From Eledone cirrhosa (taxonomy: Eukaryota): a DNA stretch of 64,000 nt. The position numbers and the translations under genes are program-made. Positions within the stretch are counted from its first letter, which is position 1, and each line of letters opens with the position of its first letter. Location: the NCBI GenBank assembly GCA_964016885.1, contig OZ024759.1:15314001-15378000 (forward strand), given 5' to 3'. Shown here piece by piece: positions 42,296 to 56,290 of the stretch. The notes under the pieces were generated by a model. That model ran no database searches, was not told the DNA's origin, and saw nothing but the letters and a program-made list of their open reading frames with translations.

Positions 42296-43624
42296 TTAAA
42301 TCAGTATTAGACTAATAAGACCATTACTCATCAGAATACTCGTTACTTAGGGGCAGAGTGTGGCTACTTTGGAATATAGATATATATTTGCTGGTTTCGC
42401 GCGTCATATAAATCGGAAAACACTCACACAGATATACATCGTACAACGATTGCATAACTAAAATATATAAGAAGCAAGAATGACCAGTCAATGTATTTAA
42501 GCAAGCCGATTTTTCTTTTCTTGTTCTTCTTACACATTGTAAATTTAGAATGTGCTGGAAAACAAGTATTTAAATGTAGTTACTTGAAATTACAATATCG
42601 TGCATATGTTATATACCAACTTGTAGAATGTAAGGCTCCGAATATCACAAGAAAAAGAGGTGCTTAAAAGTAGTCACTTACAATTAAAACATCGTTCATG
42701 AATACATGGAGAAGCTGCTTAGCTATAGTAGAACATATTTTAATAAAACCTTTGCCAAAAACATTTCGTTTATACAACATAAAAGAAGTAGATCAGCATA
42801 GCAGAAGTGCTTTACAATAAAAACAGACAGAAACCATGAATTCATGTATATAATACATAACAGTGACATAAAGTAGTTTTAGTATTTTCTGATTCAACTG
42901 TGTAAGTGGATAAAGGTGGGAAGGTTACTTTTCAGTAAAAGTAAACTAAACTTCAAAGCACAAATATGTTTGCCTGGTGGTTAAACATTAACTGCCCTCG
43001 TCCTTATGTTTTATAGGAACTACACCTTCTTGAAAATGTTTACCGTAGGTAGTCACACCAAAGACCTTAGTAAACCTGAAAGATAAACAGGGTTCGCATA
43101 TATACTGTCTCTATAATCTATGCAGGAGTAAGCTTTGATATCATAGGTAGCAAGCAGATGTGTTCAGAATTATTGATAATAATGAGATAATGGTACTTTT
43201 ATTAATTATTTTAAAAATAAAATTTAGTAAGTAAAAATAAAAAAAAGGGGGAAACAAAGGGAAAGAAAGAATATAGAAAAAAAAGAACGGGAAGGGGAGA
43301 GGATGACAGGAGCTCTGGTGTCGCAGAAGAGAAGAGGAATGAAGTTGGAGGGTGATTGGGCTTTGGGCCTAGGGCAAGAGGGCAGGGATGTGGCGCCCCA
43401 CTGACAAGACGGCAAAAGCAATCCCCTGGACGATGGCCAGTGACACCCGCTCTTTCTACTTTAGTATTTTGGAGGAACGGAAAGTCGATTAAATCGATCC
43501 TAGTGTATTACTGGTTCTACTGACCACATAAGGAAAAAAGGCAAACCTAACATCGCCGATATGAATATTAAAACTCTACTTCGGTATTGAGTACTCGGTT
43601 CTCTCAGCCGTCAACCACATGCGG

Positions 43625-43666
<42 letters not shown>

Positions 43667-43905
43667 TATATATATATATATATATATAATTGTTTCTACT
43701 TTTGGCCAGCAAATACCCAGTGTATTACTGGTACTTTATTTTATCGTCCCCGTAAAGATGAAACGCAAAGTTAGCCTCGGCGGGATATAATATATATATA
43801 TATATATTTCTTTTGCGAGGTTTTTTATATGAAATCGTGTGTCGAAACAAATATTGTTATACTTGGGGAGGGTCATATTGTTGTAATAATATTGCCAGAA
43901 ATAAT

Positions 43906-44088
43906 TGTTTCTACGTTAGGCACAAGGCCAGCATTTACTCAGTGTATTACTGGTACTTTATTTTATCGACCCCGTAAGGATGAAAGGCAAAGTTAACCTC
44001 GGCGGGATTTGAACTCAGAATGGCAAGGGCCGTAACCCTATGCGCCAAAGCATGGCATCCAACACTCTACCAATACTGCCAATCCAGC
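43906..44088 (-). mobile_element. Nin-type SINE with a 12-bp TSD, inserted in a family F element
   Basis: TSD GCCAGAAATAAT at 43894 and 44089. Confidence 0.9.
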
Positions 44089-44450
44089 GCCAGAAATAAT
44101 AACAGCCAATGATAAACATTGAGAACCAAATGAATTAACTGTGGAGATATAAAAGATACAGAAGCGAAAACCAACCAAACAGTCAGTGTGTTCTGTTACA
44201 ATATGACCCTCCCCAAGTATAACAATATATATATATATATAAAGATTTAGAAGGAATGAGGGACTGCGTGGTTACTTGATAAAGTGTATTTAGAAATAAA
44301 AGCAAAGCACAAACAAGGGCAGGTACTCTCTTCCGTTGCTGAGGGTTTCGGACATTTCCACGCTGCTTTGAAAGGTCCGAGACTCCCAGCAAACAACTGA
44401 TGTGGAGACCTGTCCCTTGTTTGCGTTTTCCTGTCATTTATATATATATA

Positions 44451-44491
<41 letters not shown>

Positions 44492-44581
44492 TCTACATTC
44501 CTCACATCAAACTAAAATATGTTGACACTCTTTTAATAATGTCTTCCTTGTGAAATTTGTGGTCTTGTATTGCTTAACTAA

Positions 44582-44634
<53 letters not shown>

Positions 44635-45294
44635 GGAAATCAGTAAAATCGAATCTCTGGCGGTTTGCAAGTGAATTCGGCCTACTTAAATGAAATGATG
44701 AGTTAGCAATGCACTCGATAAGATAGGTCCTTAGAGTAATAACATACGTTTAAAAAGCTTGACAAATCGAACATTGTGGTCGGCTAAACCTATATATATA
44801 TATAAATGAAAATATAGAAATTAATGTGAGCAAGAAGCCAACAGTATTTCATAATCTATAAGTGACTAAAACGTCAAAATGGAAAACAATTAACGTAAGA
44901 TATGGGAAAATAATTCAAACTCAATTAAAAAAAAAAAATCAAGACAGAGATTTTATCCACAGATTTTGTGAAATCCAGTGAAAAAAACAAATAGAGTCTT
45001 AACTCAGAATAAAATAAAGTTTAAATACTCATCCTTCAATTTGGAAAAACTACAAATGCTCTATATAGTCTTAAAAAGACTATTTCACGAAACTTTTCAG
45101 TGGGATTAGTCACGGTAGGAACCGTTCCTCAGTAGAGCTCTACGCGACAACCAAAAGGACCACTGCCAAAATATGCCAAAACGGGAATTTAAAAGCAGGC
45201 TAGTTCACCTCGTGCGGAATTATGAAAATAAACACACATGGAGAGACATGGCTGGTGACGTCAGAATGAGACGAATGTCTATTTACAAGAAACA

Positions 45295-45382
<88 letters not shown>

Positions 45383-45462
45383 GAAGTAATTCCGTCGGAA
45401 AAGCACAGGAAAAATGAGTGCTCTATGTAGGGTACATATTTAATAAAAACACCATGTTTTTA

Positions 45463-45523
45463 TTCATTCTGACGACTGAAAACAGATCTAACATCTGCTT
45501 TCAAGAAACCATTGGTAAACGAA
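45463..45523 (+). ncRNA. Type I hammerhead motif (family E island, 45381-45555)
   Basis: TTCATT-CTGACGA-stem II TGAAAaCAGAT/ATCTGcTTTCA-GAAA-CCATTGG-TA-AACGAA. Confidence 0.65.
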
Positions 45524-45887
45524 ATAATTATCTTATGTTGTTTATTACATAACTATATATATATATATTGCACATTTTACCTTTAAAATCACACACTTTT
45601 AACCTAACACTTACACTCCCACATATTACGACACTAATTCACACATATCACTTTGCGTTTCTACGTTACCAAAACTACCTAACGGCTTTTTTGTTTTACC
45701 TTTTCAATTTCTTCTTTTTTTTTCGTGTCTTTACTGGACAGTCTTTCCGTTTCTCTATTGTGATCCTGTCTCTATTTTGTACTCCTGAAGAAGGACTTAC
45801 GCCCGACACGTCGAACTTTCTTTACTCTTTCCAATATAAAGCGTCAAACTAATAAGACTCTGTGTTCCTCTGATTGTTGTCTCCTTG

Positions 45888-45935
<48 letters not shown>

Positions 45936-45959
45936 GGCGGGGGGGGGGCTGTGTGTGTG

Positions 45960-46405
45960 TTAAGTATTTCCGTAGAACAGGTAAAGGAAAGAAGAGTGCT
46001 CTATGTATAGTACAGAGCTATTTAATTATATAACAAACAATACAATATAATTATTCCATTACACAAGGTTTCGTGAGTTAGAATATTCTACAAGAAACGT
46101 CTGATATCGTTCATCAGATGAAATATCTGTATTATGGATATAAGATAAAACATTGAAATCTATTAGAAATGAAAGTGAGGCTGAATTAAGATAACGGAAA
46201 AATTACATATCCCGATTCTGTATTTTTTCCGTTATCTTAATTCAGCCTCACTTTCATATGTAATCGATTTTAATATCATATCTTATATCCATAATAAAGA
46301 TCTATTTCATCTGATGAACGATATCAGACGTTTCTATTAGAATATTCTAACTTCACGAAACCTTGGGTATTGGAAAAATTATATTATGTTGTTTATTACA
46401 TATAT
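45960..46405. mobile_element. Family E fold-back island with an HHR on each arm
   Basis: Imperfect inverted repeat ~46030-46202/46221-46400; CTGATGA at 46311 (+) and 46111-46117 (-). Confidence 0.75.
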
Positions 46406-46584
46406 ATATATTGTTGGCTAATAAAGACTTTTGATGTATTGAAGGCTTCTTTGGTTTATTTTCATAATTCTTCGGCTCTGTTTAATTACATTGAGCTATA
46501 CCTTTACTGTCATTTCTATAATACGAAGAGGGTGTTTAACTCCAACACACTCTAGTATTTTAATTCTTATATATATATATATAT

Positions 46585-46867
46585 GGAGGAGGTTATAGTT
46601 CACTTGAAGCATTGTGTAATGAGGTATAAACGTTAGAATATGTGTAATAAGGCCAAGACAATGCAGGTATGGACATAGAAAAAAGAATGCAATAGTGAAA
46701 GATATTGATGTGAATTCGTCTCCGAAGAAGAGATATTATCTCAAAAATTAAGGACATTTAAATAAATTCAAGGTGAAAGACGAATTCACATCAATATCTT
46801 TCACTATTGCATTCTTTTTTCTATGTCCATACCTGCATTGTCTTGGCCTTATTACACATATTCTAAC

Positions 46868-46874
<7 letters not shown>
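46585..46874. mobile_element. Fold-back island with perfect ~97-bp arms
   Basis: Inverted repeat 46625-46721/46778-46874; loop holds CCGAAGA...GAAA. Confidence 0.75.
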
Positions 46875-46918
<44 letters not shown>

Positions 46919-47280
46919 TTTGTAGGATGCTGACGCCTATAAACTAGTGATTATAAACTAAAACTAATTGTTACGCTGCTTCAACAACATCAAGATGCTC
47001 AGGCGCCTCTGGTAAGACCATATGATGTATGTAGATATACAATATCAATTATAGTTTACTTCATGTTTCACTTAACAGACACAGCATGGTGATGTAATAC
47101 GACATAAAATGAAAATATTTTCAAAAGAGCTTCTACATAATTCTAAACATGTTATACAGTGTGTCCTGCTGTGTATATTGATTCTAATTTACAAAGAATT
47201 TGTGTCTGTGTTTGTGGTTCTATTGTGTGTGTGTGTGAGTGTGTGTGTGAGCACGGCTCACAAACTCACTTTATATGTGA

Positions 47281-47353
<73 letters not shown>

Positions 47354-47969
47354 GTGTGTGTCTGTGTGTGTGTGATGGCTGCAATCTCTGCTAAGAGTAT
47401 TGCAAAGATTACAGAAAATGGTGTACATTTAGTCAACGTCCAGCCACACGAATCTGTAGCAGATCCTCAACAACCATTTCTTGTGCTTTGAAGGGTTTTT
47501 TTAAGTGGGGAAAGATCTTTCACTCGACCAATCCCACTCTCTGGGCATCGAAAACACTGCCGGAAAAAGGAAAACTGTTCAACATCATCGGAAGCTTCTG
47601 AAACCGAAGGTATTTTTTGTTTGTTTTTTTTTTCAGAGTTTCTCTCTCCTAGAAAGGTGTTGTGACAATAATTGGGGGTCTTTCATTCCCAGGTGAAGAA
47701 GAAAAAAGTACTATTTGGATGGCCATTGATTCTGCTGATTGCCTCCACTCTTTGCCGCGTCTTGTATTTCATATCACCCTCCTCACCATATAGGTTGATT
47801 GTCAGCTAAATTAACTATGGAGATGTAAAAGATACAGAAGCGAAAACCAATCCAAACCACACAGTGAGCATGTTCTGTTATATTCTGGCAATATTATAAC
47901 AATATGACCCTCCCAAGTATAACAATATATGTTTCAACACACGATTTCGTACCAAAATCCTTGCACAAA

Positions 47970-48039
<70 letters not shown>

Positions 48040-48040
<1 letters not shown>

Positions 48041-48482
48041 CTTAGTGGTTAGAGCATCGGGCTTGCAATCGAAAGGTTGAGGTCAAATCTCGGACTTTAT
48101 TTTAGGTTGCTCCAGTTTATTCAGCTGAAGAAATGAGCTGCGACGTCACTGTTGCCAAGCTGTACGGCCTATGCCTTTCCCTTTGACATCATCATACGTA
48201 GTTTAGTGTATATATAATCTAAATATAGTGTATATAAGATGTATGTAGTGTATATATATATAGTAAGTCTATGATGTATATATATATTTGTCACATCACT
48301 GGTGCCAAGCTGTATCGGCCATTGCCTTTCCCTTGGACCTCATCGGTGGCGAGGAGAGGAGAGACTGGTATGCATGGGCGACGGGTGGTCTTCCACAAAC
48401 AAACTTGCCTGGACTTGTGCCTCGGAGAAAAACTCTTAGGTGCAAATACCATGGTCATTCGTGGCCGAACGGGGTCTTTACC

Positions 48483-48486
<4 letters not shown>
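48040..48486 (+). mobile_element. SINE family 2 variant with a partial duplication
   Basis: TTAGTGGTTAGAGC head; TGCCAAGCTGTA..GGCC..TGCCTTTCCC occurs twice. Confidence 0.65.
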
Positions 48487-48521
<35 letters not shown>

Positions 48522-48544
48522 TCATATATATATACATATATGTA

Positions 48545-48585
<41 letters not shown>

Positions 48586-48817
48586 GTATACCTATATGTA
48601 TATATACATATATACATATATGTATATATATATATATACATATATACATATATATGTATATATATACATATATATTTATATATGATTATATATGTATATA
48701 TTTATATATATATGTATATATATATAATTATATATGTATATATTTATATATATATATATGTATATATATATGTATATATATATACATATTATTATATATA
48801 TATATACATATTATTAT

Positions 48818-48849
<32 letters not shown>

Positions 48850-48945
48850 CATATATGTATATATATATATATATATATACATATATGTATAAATATATAT
48901 ATATGTATATATATATATATATGTATAAATATATATACATATATA

Positions 48946-48976
<31 letters not shown>

Positions 48977-49161
48977 GTATACATATATATACATATATAT
49001 GTATATATATATATATATATACATATATATATGTATAAATATATATACATATATATGTATATATATATATATGTATATGTATACATATGTAATATATATA
49101 TATACATATATATGTATATATATATATTACATATTTTTATATCTGTATATATATATATACA

Positions 49162-49207
<46 letters not shown>

Positions 49208-49238
49208 TATGTATATATATATATTACATATTTTTATA

Positions 49239-49303
<65 letters not shown>

Positions 49304-49820
49304 GCATATATATGTATATATATATATATATATATACATATATGTATATATATTTATATATATACATATATGTATATATATATATATACATATATATACA
49401 TGTAACTATATATATATACATATATGTATATATATACATATATATACATATATACATATATGTATATATATATACATATATATACATATATATACATATA
49501 TGTATATATATACATATATATACATATATGTATATATATATATATATATACATATATGTATATATATACATATACATATATATATATACATATATATACA
49601 TATATGTATATATATACATATATATACATATATATATATACATATATATATATATACATATATGTATATATATACATACATATATGTATATATATACATA
49701 TATATATGTATATATATACATATATATACATATATATATACATATATGTATATATATACATATATATACATATAGATATATACATATATGTAGATATATA
49801 CATATATATATACATATATA
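48487..49820. repeat. (TA)n-rich microsatellite
   Basis: Composition. Confidence 0.95.
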
Positions 49821-50147
49821 ACGATAAATTAAAGAAGCCATAGACTCATTATTTCCTTATATATATATATATACAGAGAGAGAAAGAGGGAGAGGGGAGG
49901 GATGGAGAGATAGCAGGGATAGAGAGAGAAAGAGACACAGAGAGAGAGTGTCAGTCGGAGAGAGAGAGAGATGTGACGTTATAGGTGTGAAAGTATGGTG
50001 TGGTGTGGGAAAATAGATAAATGAAACATTAATGTAATATTAATAAGCAGATTAAATCTTTAACACCGTTTAATTTATTAAACAGCTAGGTGAGTGGTTT
50101 TAGTATTCTAGTGGTTCTTGTGTGTTGTGTAGTTACTTGAGTGTTGT

Positions 50148-50740
50148 AGTGGCGGTGGTGGTGGTGGCGGTGGTGGCGGTGGTGGTGGTGGCGGTGGTGG
50201 TGGTGGTGGTGGTGGTGGTGGTGGCGGTGGTGGTGGTGGCGGTGGTCGTGATGGTGGTGTGGTGGTGGTGCTTATAGTGATGCTCGCCATCATGATGGCT
50301 GAGGTTATGACATTAGTCTTGGTGGTGATGGTGATGGTGGTGGTGGTAGTGCTGGTGGTGGTGATTATAGTGATGGTCGCCATTATGACGGTTGTTTCTG
50401 TTGACGTTAGTCTTGGTGGTGATGGTGGTGGTGGTGGTGGTGATGATGGTTGTTGTGGTGCTGGTGGTGGTGGTTATAGTGATGGTCGCCATTATGATGG
50501 CTCTGCTGTTGACGTTAGTCTTGGTGGTGATGGTGGTGGTGATGGTTGTTGTGGTGCTGGTGGTGGTGGTTATAGTGATGGTCGCCATTATGATGGCCAT
50601 GGTGTTGATGGTAGTCTTGGTGTTCGCTATAGAGATGGTGGCTGTGGTGTTGGTGGTGTTTGAAGTGGTGGTGGTGGTTGTGGTGGTTGTAGTAATAGGG
50701 TTGGTGGTGTTGGTAGTTATGTTTTTGGTGTTGGTGGTAC
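50148..50740. repeat. (GGT)n tract with four ~100-bp composite units
   Basis: TTATAGTGATGGTCGCCATTATGA-like motif repeated at ~50271, 50364, 50473 and 50569. Confidence 0.9.
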
Positions 50741-50754
50741 TGACATTGTCGTTT

Positions 50755-50912
50755 ATATCGGTATTTCCAGCATAGTTACCTCCCTTTATGGTCCGAGTTC
50801 AAATCCCACCGAGGTTAACTTTGCCTTTCATCCTTACGGGGTCGATAAAATAAAATACCAGTAATGCGCTGGTTAATTGCCGGCCTTGTGCCAAAAGTAG
50901 AAACAATTAATT
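50755..50912 (+). mobile_element. Nin-type SINE, partial
   Basis: GAGTTCAAATCCC plus core. Confidence 0.85.
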
Positions 50913-50964
50913 ATTTTGATGGAGGCGGTGGTGATAAGGCTAATGGTTGGTTGTGTTAGTGTAG

Positions 50965-51130
50965 TTGGATACTTCTGGTGTCCTCGGCTCTACGGTTACC
51001 TCTCTACTCACCACCATAGGCGCTGAGCTGGCCAGCCGCAGGGGTGAGTCCCGCGAGTTGGAGTCGCTTTTCCAGCGCGTCTCCCTTGTCGTCCTCCGGG
51101 GAAACGCCTTCTCCATTCTGTCCGCCGGGG
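50965..51130 (+). pseudogene. C-terminal fragment of a CRE-like (restriction-like endonuclease) non-LTR retrotransposon
   Basis: DTSGVLG...LFQRVSLVVLRGNAFSIL resembles the QRxSxxxxRGNA terminus of CRE-clade proteins. Confidence 0.7.
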
Positions 51131-51855
51131 TTGTGGCGGCGGTGGTGATGGGGGTGGGGGATTGGGGTATGGCATTACGTATCATTCCACTGAATCAAGT
51201 TTTGAAAGTTACCTTCTATTTGTTTTCATATCTGATCCTTAAATAAAGTCTTTCTCTCAAATCACCCCGATTTTTTAAAAATCTACAATACTATATAATG
51301 TGAAATTCATTTTTTGTAAGATGGTAGGGTGTATTTTGAGGGAGATTTGGTAGTTATTTCTAACAGGTCGAACGACCGGTGTGGTGTATCTTTTGTTGCT
51401 TTGATTCCCGGGCATGATACAGATTTTGTCTTTCATATCTATCTCTAGCAATAAAGTCCTGTGAGTTTGGTTAGTGGGCTTAATTATACTACAACTGTGG
51501 TTAAAATTCCTGTTTATACTGATGTTAATATAGGCGTTGGTGGTGTGGATGGATGGTGGTGGGGGCTGGGTCGTGGTGGTGGTTGTTGGGGGTCCAGAAA
51601 TAGCCTTCGAAACGGCTTGAGTTCAGCCGTCGGGTTCTTGAATTTTCATACATATATAGATATGTATATAGAGAGATAGATATGTATATAGAGAGATAGA
51701 TAGATAGAGAGAGAGATGGATAGATAGATAGATGGATAGATACATCATTGACGGCTAGATCTCAAAGTAATCTAAAAAGAACACTTCACGAGCATGTTTC
51801 TCTGGGGATATAGTCTTAGTAAAGCAACGTAAAGCTAGAAGGTTAAATATATATA

Positions 51856-52024
51856 CATGGACATACTAGAAGAGGAAGACCGAGGTTAACGTATGTTGAT
51901 GCCCTAAGGACAGACACTGGTCTGTTGGAGATGCAGGACATGGCAGCAATAATGAGGGACAGAGACCGCTGGAGAGAACTCGTCCATGGATCTCGGGAAT
52001 TTTACCCGCCTTAGATAGATAGAT
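51856..52024 (+). pseudogene. RTE-like LINE extreme 3' end with a (TAGA)n tail
   Basis: HGHTRRGRPRLTYVDALRTDTG...MRDRDRWRELV*. Confidence 0.85.
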
Positions 52025-52046
52025 ATATATATATATTATATTGTGA

Positions 52047-52118
<72 letters not shown>

Positions 52119-53014
52119 TAAAGCCAGAGAGAGAAGTGAGAGAGGAAAATAGAAAGACAGAGGGATGTATTAGAGTATTTGATAGCCACAGATAGAGAGA
52201 GAGCAAGAGAGAGAGATAAAGGGCGAGAGAGGGAGAGAGAGATAGAAAGATAGAAAGAGCCAGAAATAGAGAAAGAGAGAGGGGGGCATTGGAAAGACTT
52301 TGTTAGGTTAGAGTAGAAAGGAAGGATGAATACGAAGCGCAAAACATGAACAAAAATGTCTTGCTCAGGCACACAAGTCACCGCGGGGATTCGAGCTCTT
52401 GAACTGAAAATACATCATACAACTACACAGTATATCGTGTGGTGTTACTCGAAAGTGTTTTACAGACACACAGACGCGTGAAACAGTGTCAAACAGAGAT
52501 TAATCAGCAAGCAAATTAGTGTCAAAAATGTGATTTTATACAACCTCTCACACTGATTCATTTAACACCGTTTACAGATCGATAATATCGATTTGTCGCC
52601 ATCGCCACCGTCATCGTTGTTTATGAACAGCAATGTGTATCTATATATGAGCGTACAAGACGAATTAGGTGTGCATATATGTAAATATGTATATATATGT
52701 ATGTATATATATATATGTATGATGTAATGTATGTATCATGGTATGTATGTATGATATGTATGTATGTATTTATGATTATATGTATTTAATCTCTGTGTGT
52801 ATGTAATCTATATGTGTGTATGTATGTAATCTATTTTGTGTGTATGATGATATGTATTTATGTATGTATATATGTATGCATGTATGTATGTATGTATATC
52901 TATATGTATGTATATTTCTATGTATGTATGTATATCTGTATGTATGTATGTATATCTATGTATATATATATGTATATCTAAATGTATTTACGACTAAATA
53001 TGAAAAAGAAAAAC

Positions 53015-53318
53015 TGTCACCCCGTCGCATGAGACGATGAGTGTCCTGTTGATACGATCAATAAAACAGCCTGTATGTGAAATTAACGCGCAAGTGGCAG
53101 ACTAACGTATCATTTAACTCAGTTCTCAGGGAGATTCAGCTTGACACAGAATGTGACAAGGCTGGCCTATTGAATTACAGATACATTTCTTGTTTGCCAG
53201 CTGAGTGGACTAGAGCAACGTGAAATAAAATGTCTTACTCACGGACAAAACACTCTACCGAAAGTTGAACTCACGGCCTTACATGAGACAAACATGTTAA
53301 TCATTAAGCCATGTCCCT
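53015..53318 (-). mobile_element. SINE family 2
   Basis: GCTGAGTGGACTAGAGCAACGTGAAATAAAATGTCTT. Confidence 0.75.
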
Positions 53319-53374
53319 TCAGAATAGGTCCGTACAGAGCTCCGCGCTCTGTCTGCTTGTCTGTCTCTCTCTCG

Positions 53375-53416
<42 letters not shown>

Positions 53417-53445
53417 TTAACCCCAGCGCTCATCCTTCTTATAAT

Positions 53446-54016
53446 TGTTTCTACGTTAGGCACAAGGCCAGCAATTAACCAGTGTATTACTGGTACTTTA
53501 TTGTATCGACCCCGTAAGGATGAAAGGTAAAGTTAACCTCGGCGGGATTTGAACTTAGAATGGCAAGGGCCGTAACTCTGTGCGCCAAAGCATGGCGTCC
53601 GACACTCTACTAATACTGCCAATCCACCTTCTTATAATAATAATTGTTTCTACTTTAGGCATAAGCCCAGCAATTATCCAGTACATTACTGGTACTTTAT
53701 TTTATCGACTCCGTAAGGATGAAAGGCAAAGTTAATCTCGGCGAGATTTGAACTCAAACCATAAAGGGCCGTCACTCTATGCTGCAAAGCATAGCCTCCG
53801 ACCCACTACCGATAATAATTGTTTCTGTTATAGGCACAAGGCCAGCAATTTTGTGGGAGGTAAAGTCGATTAAATCCACCGCAGTGCATTACTGGTACTT
53901 TATTTTATCGACCCCGTAAGGATGAAAGGCAAAGTTAACCCCGGCGGGATTTGAACTCAGATCATGAAGGGCCGTAACTCTATGCTGGATAGCATGGCGT
54001 CCGACCCTCTACCGAT
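53446..54016 (-). mobile_element. Three head-to-tail Nin-type SINEs
   Basis: Three cores; TSD CCTTCTTATAAT at 53434 and 53627. Confidence 0.9.
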
Positions 54017-54957
54017 TATGATACTAATAATGAAATTATTGTGTACAGTGCTCAGGTGCACTACAACTCATCAAAGGAGCATGTGCAGTACATATAATAA
54101 TGCAAAAATGTCAGGAAAATGGACAGAGTATGAGTCATGGATATTAGGTGTTGCCCACATTTAGCCTGTGTAATATCAAGTTGCTTATAGGTTAATCCAC
54201 AAACAAAAATTTAGTTGACCGTACAACTAAACAAACATCGGCGCTGCTGACGGAGGATCAACCACATAAAACCATACTCACATCTATAAGAATATAATTC
54301 AATATAACGAATTATCACACGGTTTGATATATACGATCGATAATTAGCTCCAAGAACATCTGTCATTAATTTGTGCATATGATATCGTGTATGATTTATA
54401 TTTAAATCATAGCTTTTAATTTATAATTATACATATTGCCACGATTTGTACTCACCATAAACAAAGATTAGCAATGAGATATATCCGCTATGTGAATTTC
54501 CTATCTGATGGGGATTAAATCAACTTCGAGACACTGAAGTAAATAGGATATTTATTGATGTAACAGTGTTACTGTGTTATCGTTGCTACCCAAGGGTCGT
54601 AGGGACAGCTATACTGACAGAAGGCGTAAATCAGGGATTGATTTTACATATGGGGGAATACGACCTATTTCGGAGGGCGAGAGAGATGCGGGAGAGAGAA
54701 ACAGATGGAGAGGAGAGAGAAAATTTGAGAGAGAAAGCGAGGGGGAGAGAGAATTTGAGGGAGAAAGCGAGGGCGCAGAGAGAGAGGGAGTGATAAAGAA
54801 ATATAGAGAGGGAATCGTTCCTAGTATTGTTATGGTCTTTTATTTATCGACCCAGAACAAATGGAAGATAATTTGATACTTTGATAATTTTATATTTGAA
54901 CTCAGAGGGCAGAGAGCTGTGGCAAAAACCCTAAGCATTTGATGTAACAGCTTAAAC

Positions 54958-55247
54958 CAGGCATTTGGCAACCTTTTTCGAGAAACGGGTCGCATGTGAT
55001 ATGGCTCATCATCAGGCGGGCCGCAAGCGCTAATTTACATTCGTGCCCACATTAAAAAAAAAGGCGGTATGTCAGGTTGTTTCATTTTTGTTCCTTCAGA
55101 ATCCGTATACGTTTTCCTCGAGCGTAAAAATAATAGAAAGATAAATTACGACTGAAAAGTTGGGGTTAAAAAATGAGAAAGATTTCACTTAGGTGACTTA
55201 GGCGAGCCATTCAGAAAGCTTCGCGGGGAGCTGGTTGCCCATGCCTG
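54958..55247. mobile_element. hAT (Charlie-like) MITE
   Basis: TIRs CAGGCATTTGGCAACC/GGTTGCCCATGCCTG; 8-bp TSD GCTTAAAC/GCTTAAAG; internal GCGGGCCGCA. Confidence 0.85.
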
Positions 55248-55881
55248 GCTTAAAGCCTCTGCCAATTACGCGAGTTATGTGAGCAAAAAGGTCCTGTAAT
55301 TTGATAGACAAGCCAACAAGCAATCTGTATAGACTTAATGGCATCGCAGCCAACTGGAATAAAGCACCTTCAAGGTTAGTTTTCTGAATAACATCCTACT
55401 ATTTTTCTACTTTTGGTAAAAGGCCAGCAATTATCCCAGTGCATTACTTGAACTTTATTTTATCGACTCCGTAAGGATGAAAGGCAAAATTAACCTCGGC
55501 GTTGGTTGGAATAAGCAGGGGAGTTCGAATAAGCGGGAGCTGGATTAAGCTGGGTGGGTGGAAAATCGGTAATTGTTCTATGTTATCTCCGTTGATTTTT
55601 AAAACCAACATTAGATGTTTAATTTACATATTAAAACCCAAACCCTCCCATTTATTTTATAACGTATGATATTTCTAGTCACGTAATTTTTTTGTCAAGT
55701 ATAATGTCTTTTAATGTATAAAGAAATTTGATTGTCGCAGGAATGCAAAATTTAATAAACGGGAGGGTTAGAATAAGAGCTGAAGAAAGGGGGTGAGCAA
55801 TCTTAAAAATGAATAAGAAGGGTGGGGAGGATTATTCGAGTACCGAGAGTAAATTGTTATTTAATGCTGAAATTGTATTAT

Positions 55882-56042
55882 ATAATTGTTTCTACTTTTT
55901 GGCACAAGGCCAGCAATTCACCAGTGCATTACTGGTACTTTATTTTATCGACCCCGTAAGGATGAAAGGCAAAGTTAACCTCGGTGGGATTTGAACTCAG
56001 AATGGCAAGGGCCGTAACTCTATGCGTCAAAGCATGGCGTCC
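55882..56042 (-). mobile_element. Nin-type SINE, 5'-truncated
   Basis: SINE core. Confidence 0.88.
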
Positions 56043-56122
56043 ATAATGTTGAGAAGACAGAGCCTCTTCTATACTGTGGTTACCCCCGATTCAACCCAGA
56101 ATAATTTATATATATATGTATA

Positions 56123-56290
56123 AATCAAGTCAGTCCATAGGCTGACATTATCAAGTCATCGTTTTGACTGCCGGCCTCCGCCTCTCTAACCAGACAACCT
56201 TCCGTCCGGATATAACCTATGGACTGGACTTGATCTTTGCTCTTTAAACTCTGCTCTTAGTGATCGAACTTTGTGGAGGAAAAAATATGT
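56123..56290. repeat. Rearranged RTE 3' fragments of the family at 9816-9960
   Basis: ATCAAGTCAGTCCATAGGCTGACATTATC (-) joined to TGGACTGGACTTGATCTTT (+). Confidence 0.7.

Noticed and set aside
42370-43445. Possible host exons in unique-looking sequence
   Set aside because: No convincing ORF, splice pair or recognisable peptide
50108-50383. Poly-Pro/Thr ORF
   Set aside because: (CCA)n microsatellite
55505-55851. DNA transposon with a TACTCTCGGTACTCGAATAA-like end
   Set aside because: Only one plausible terminus visible
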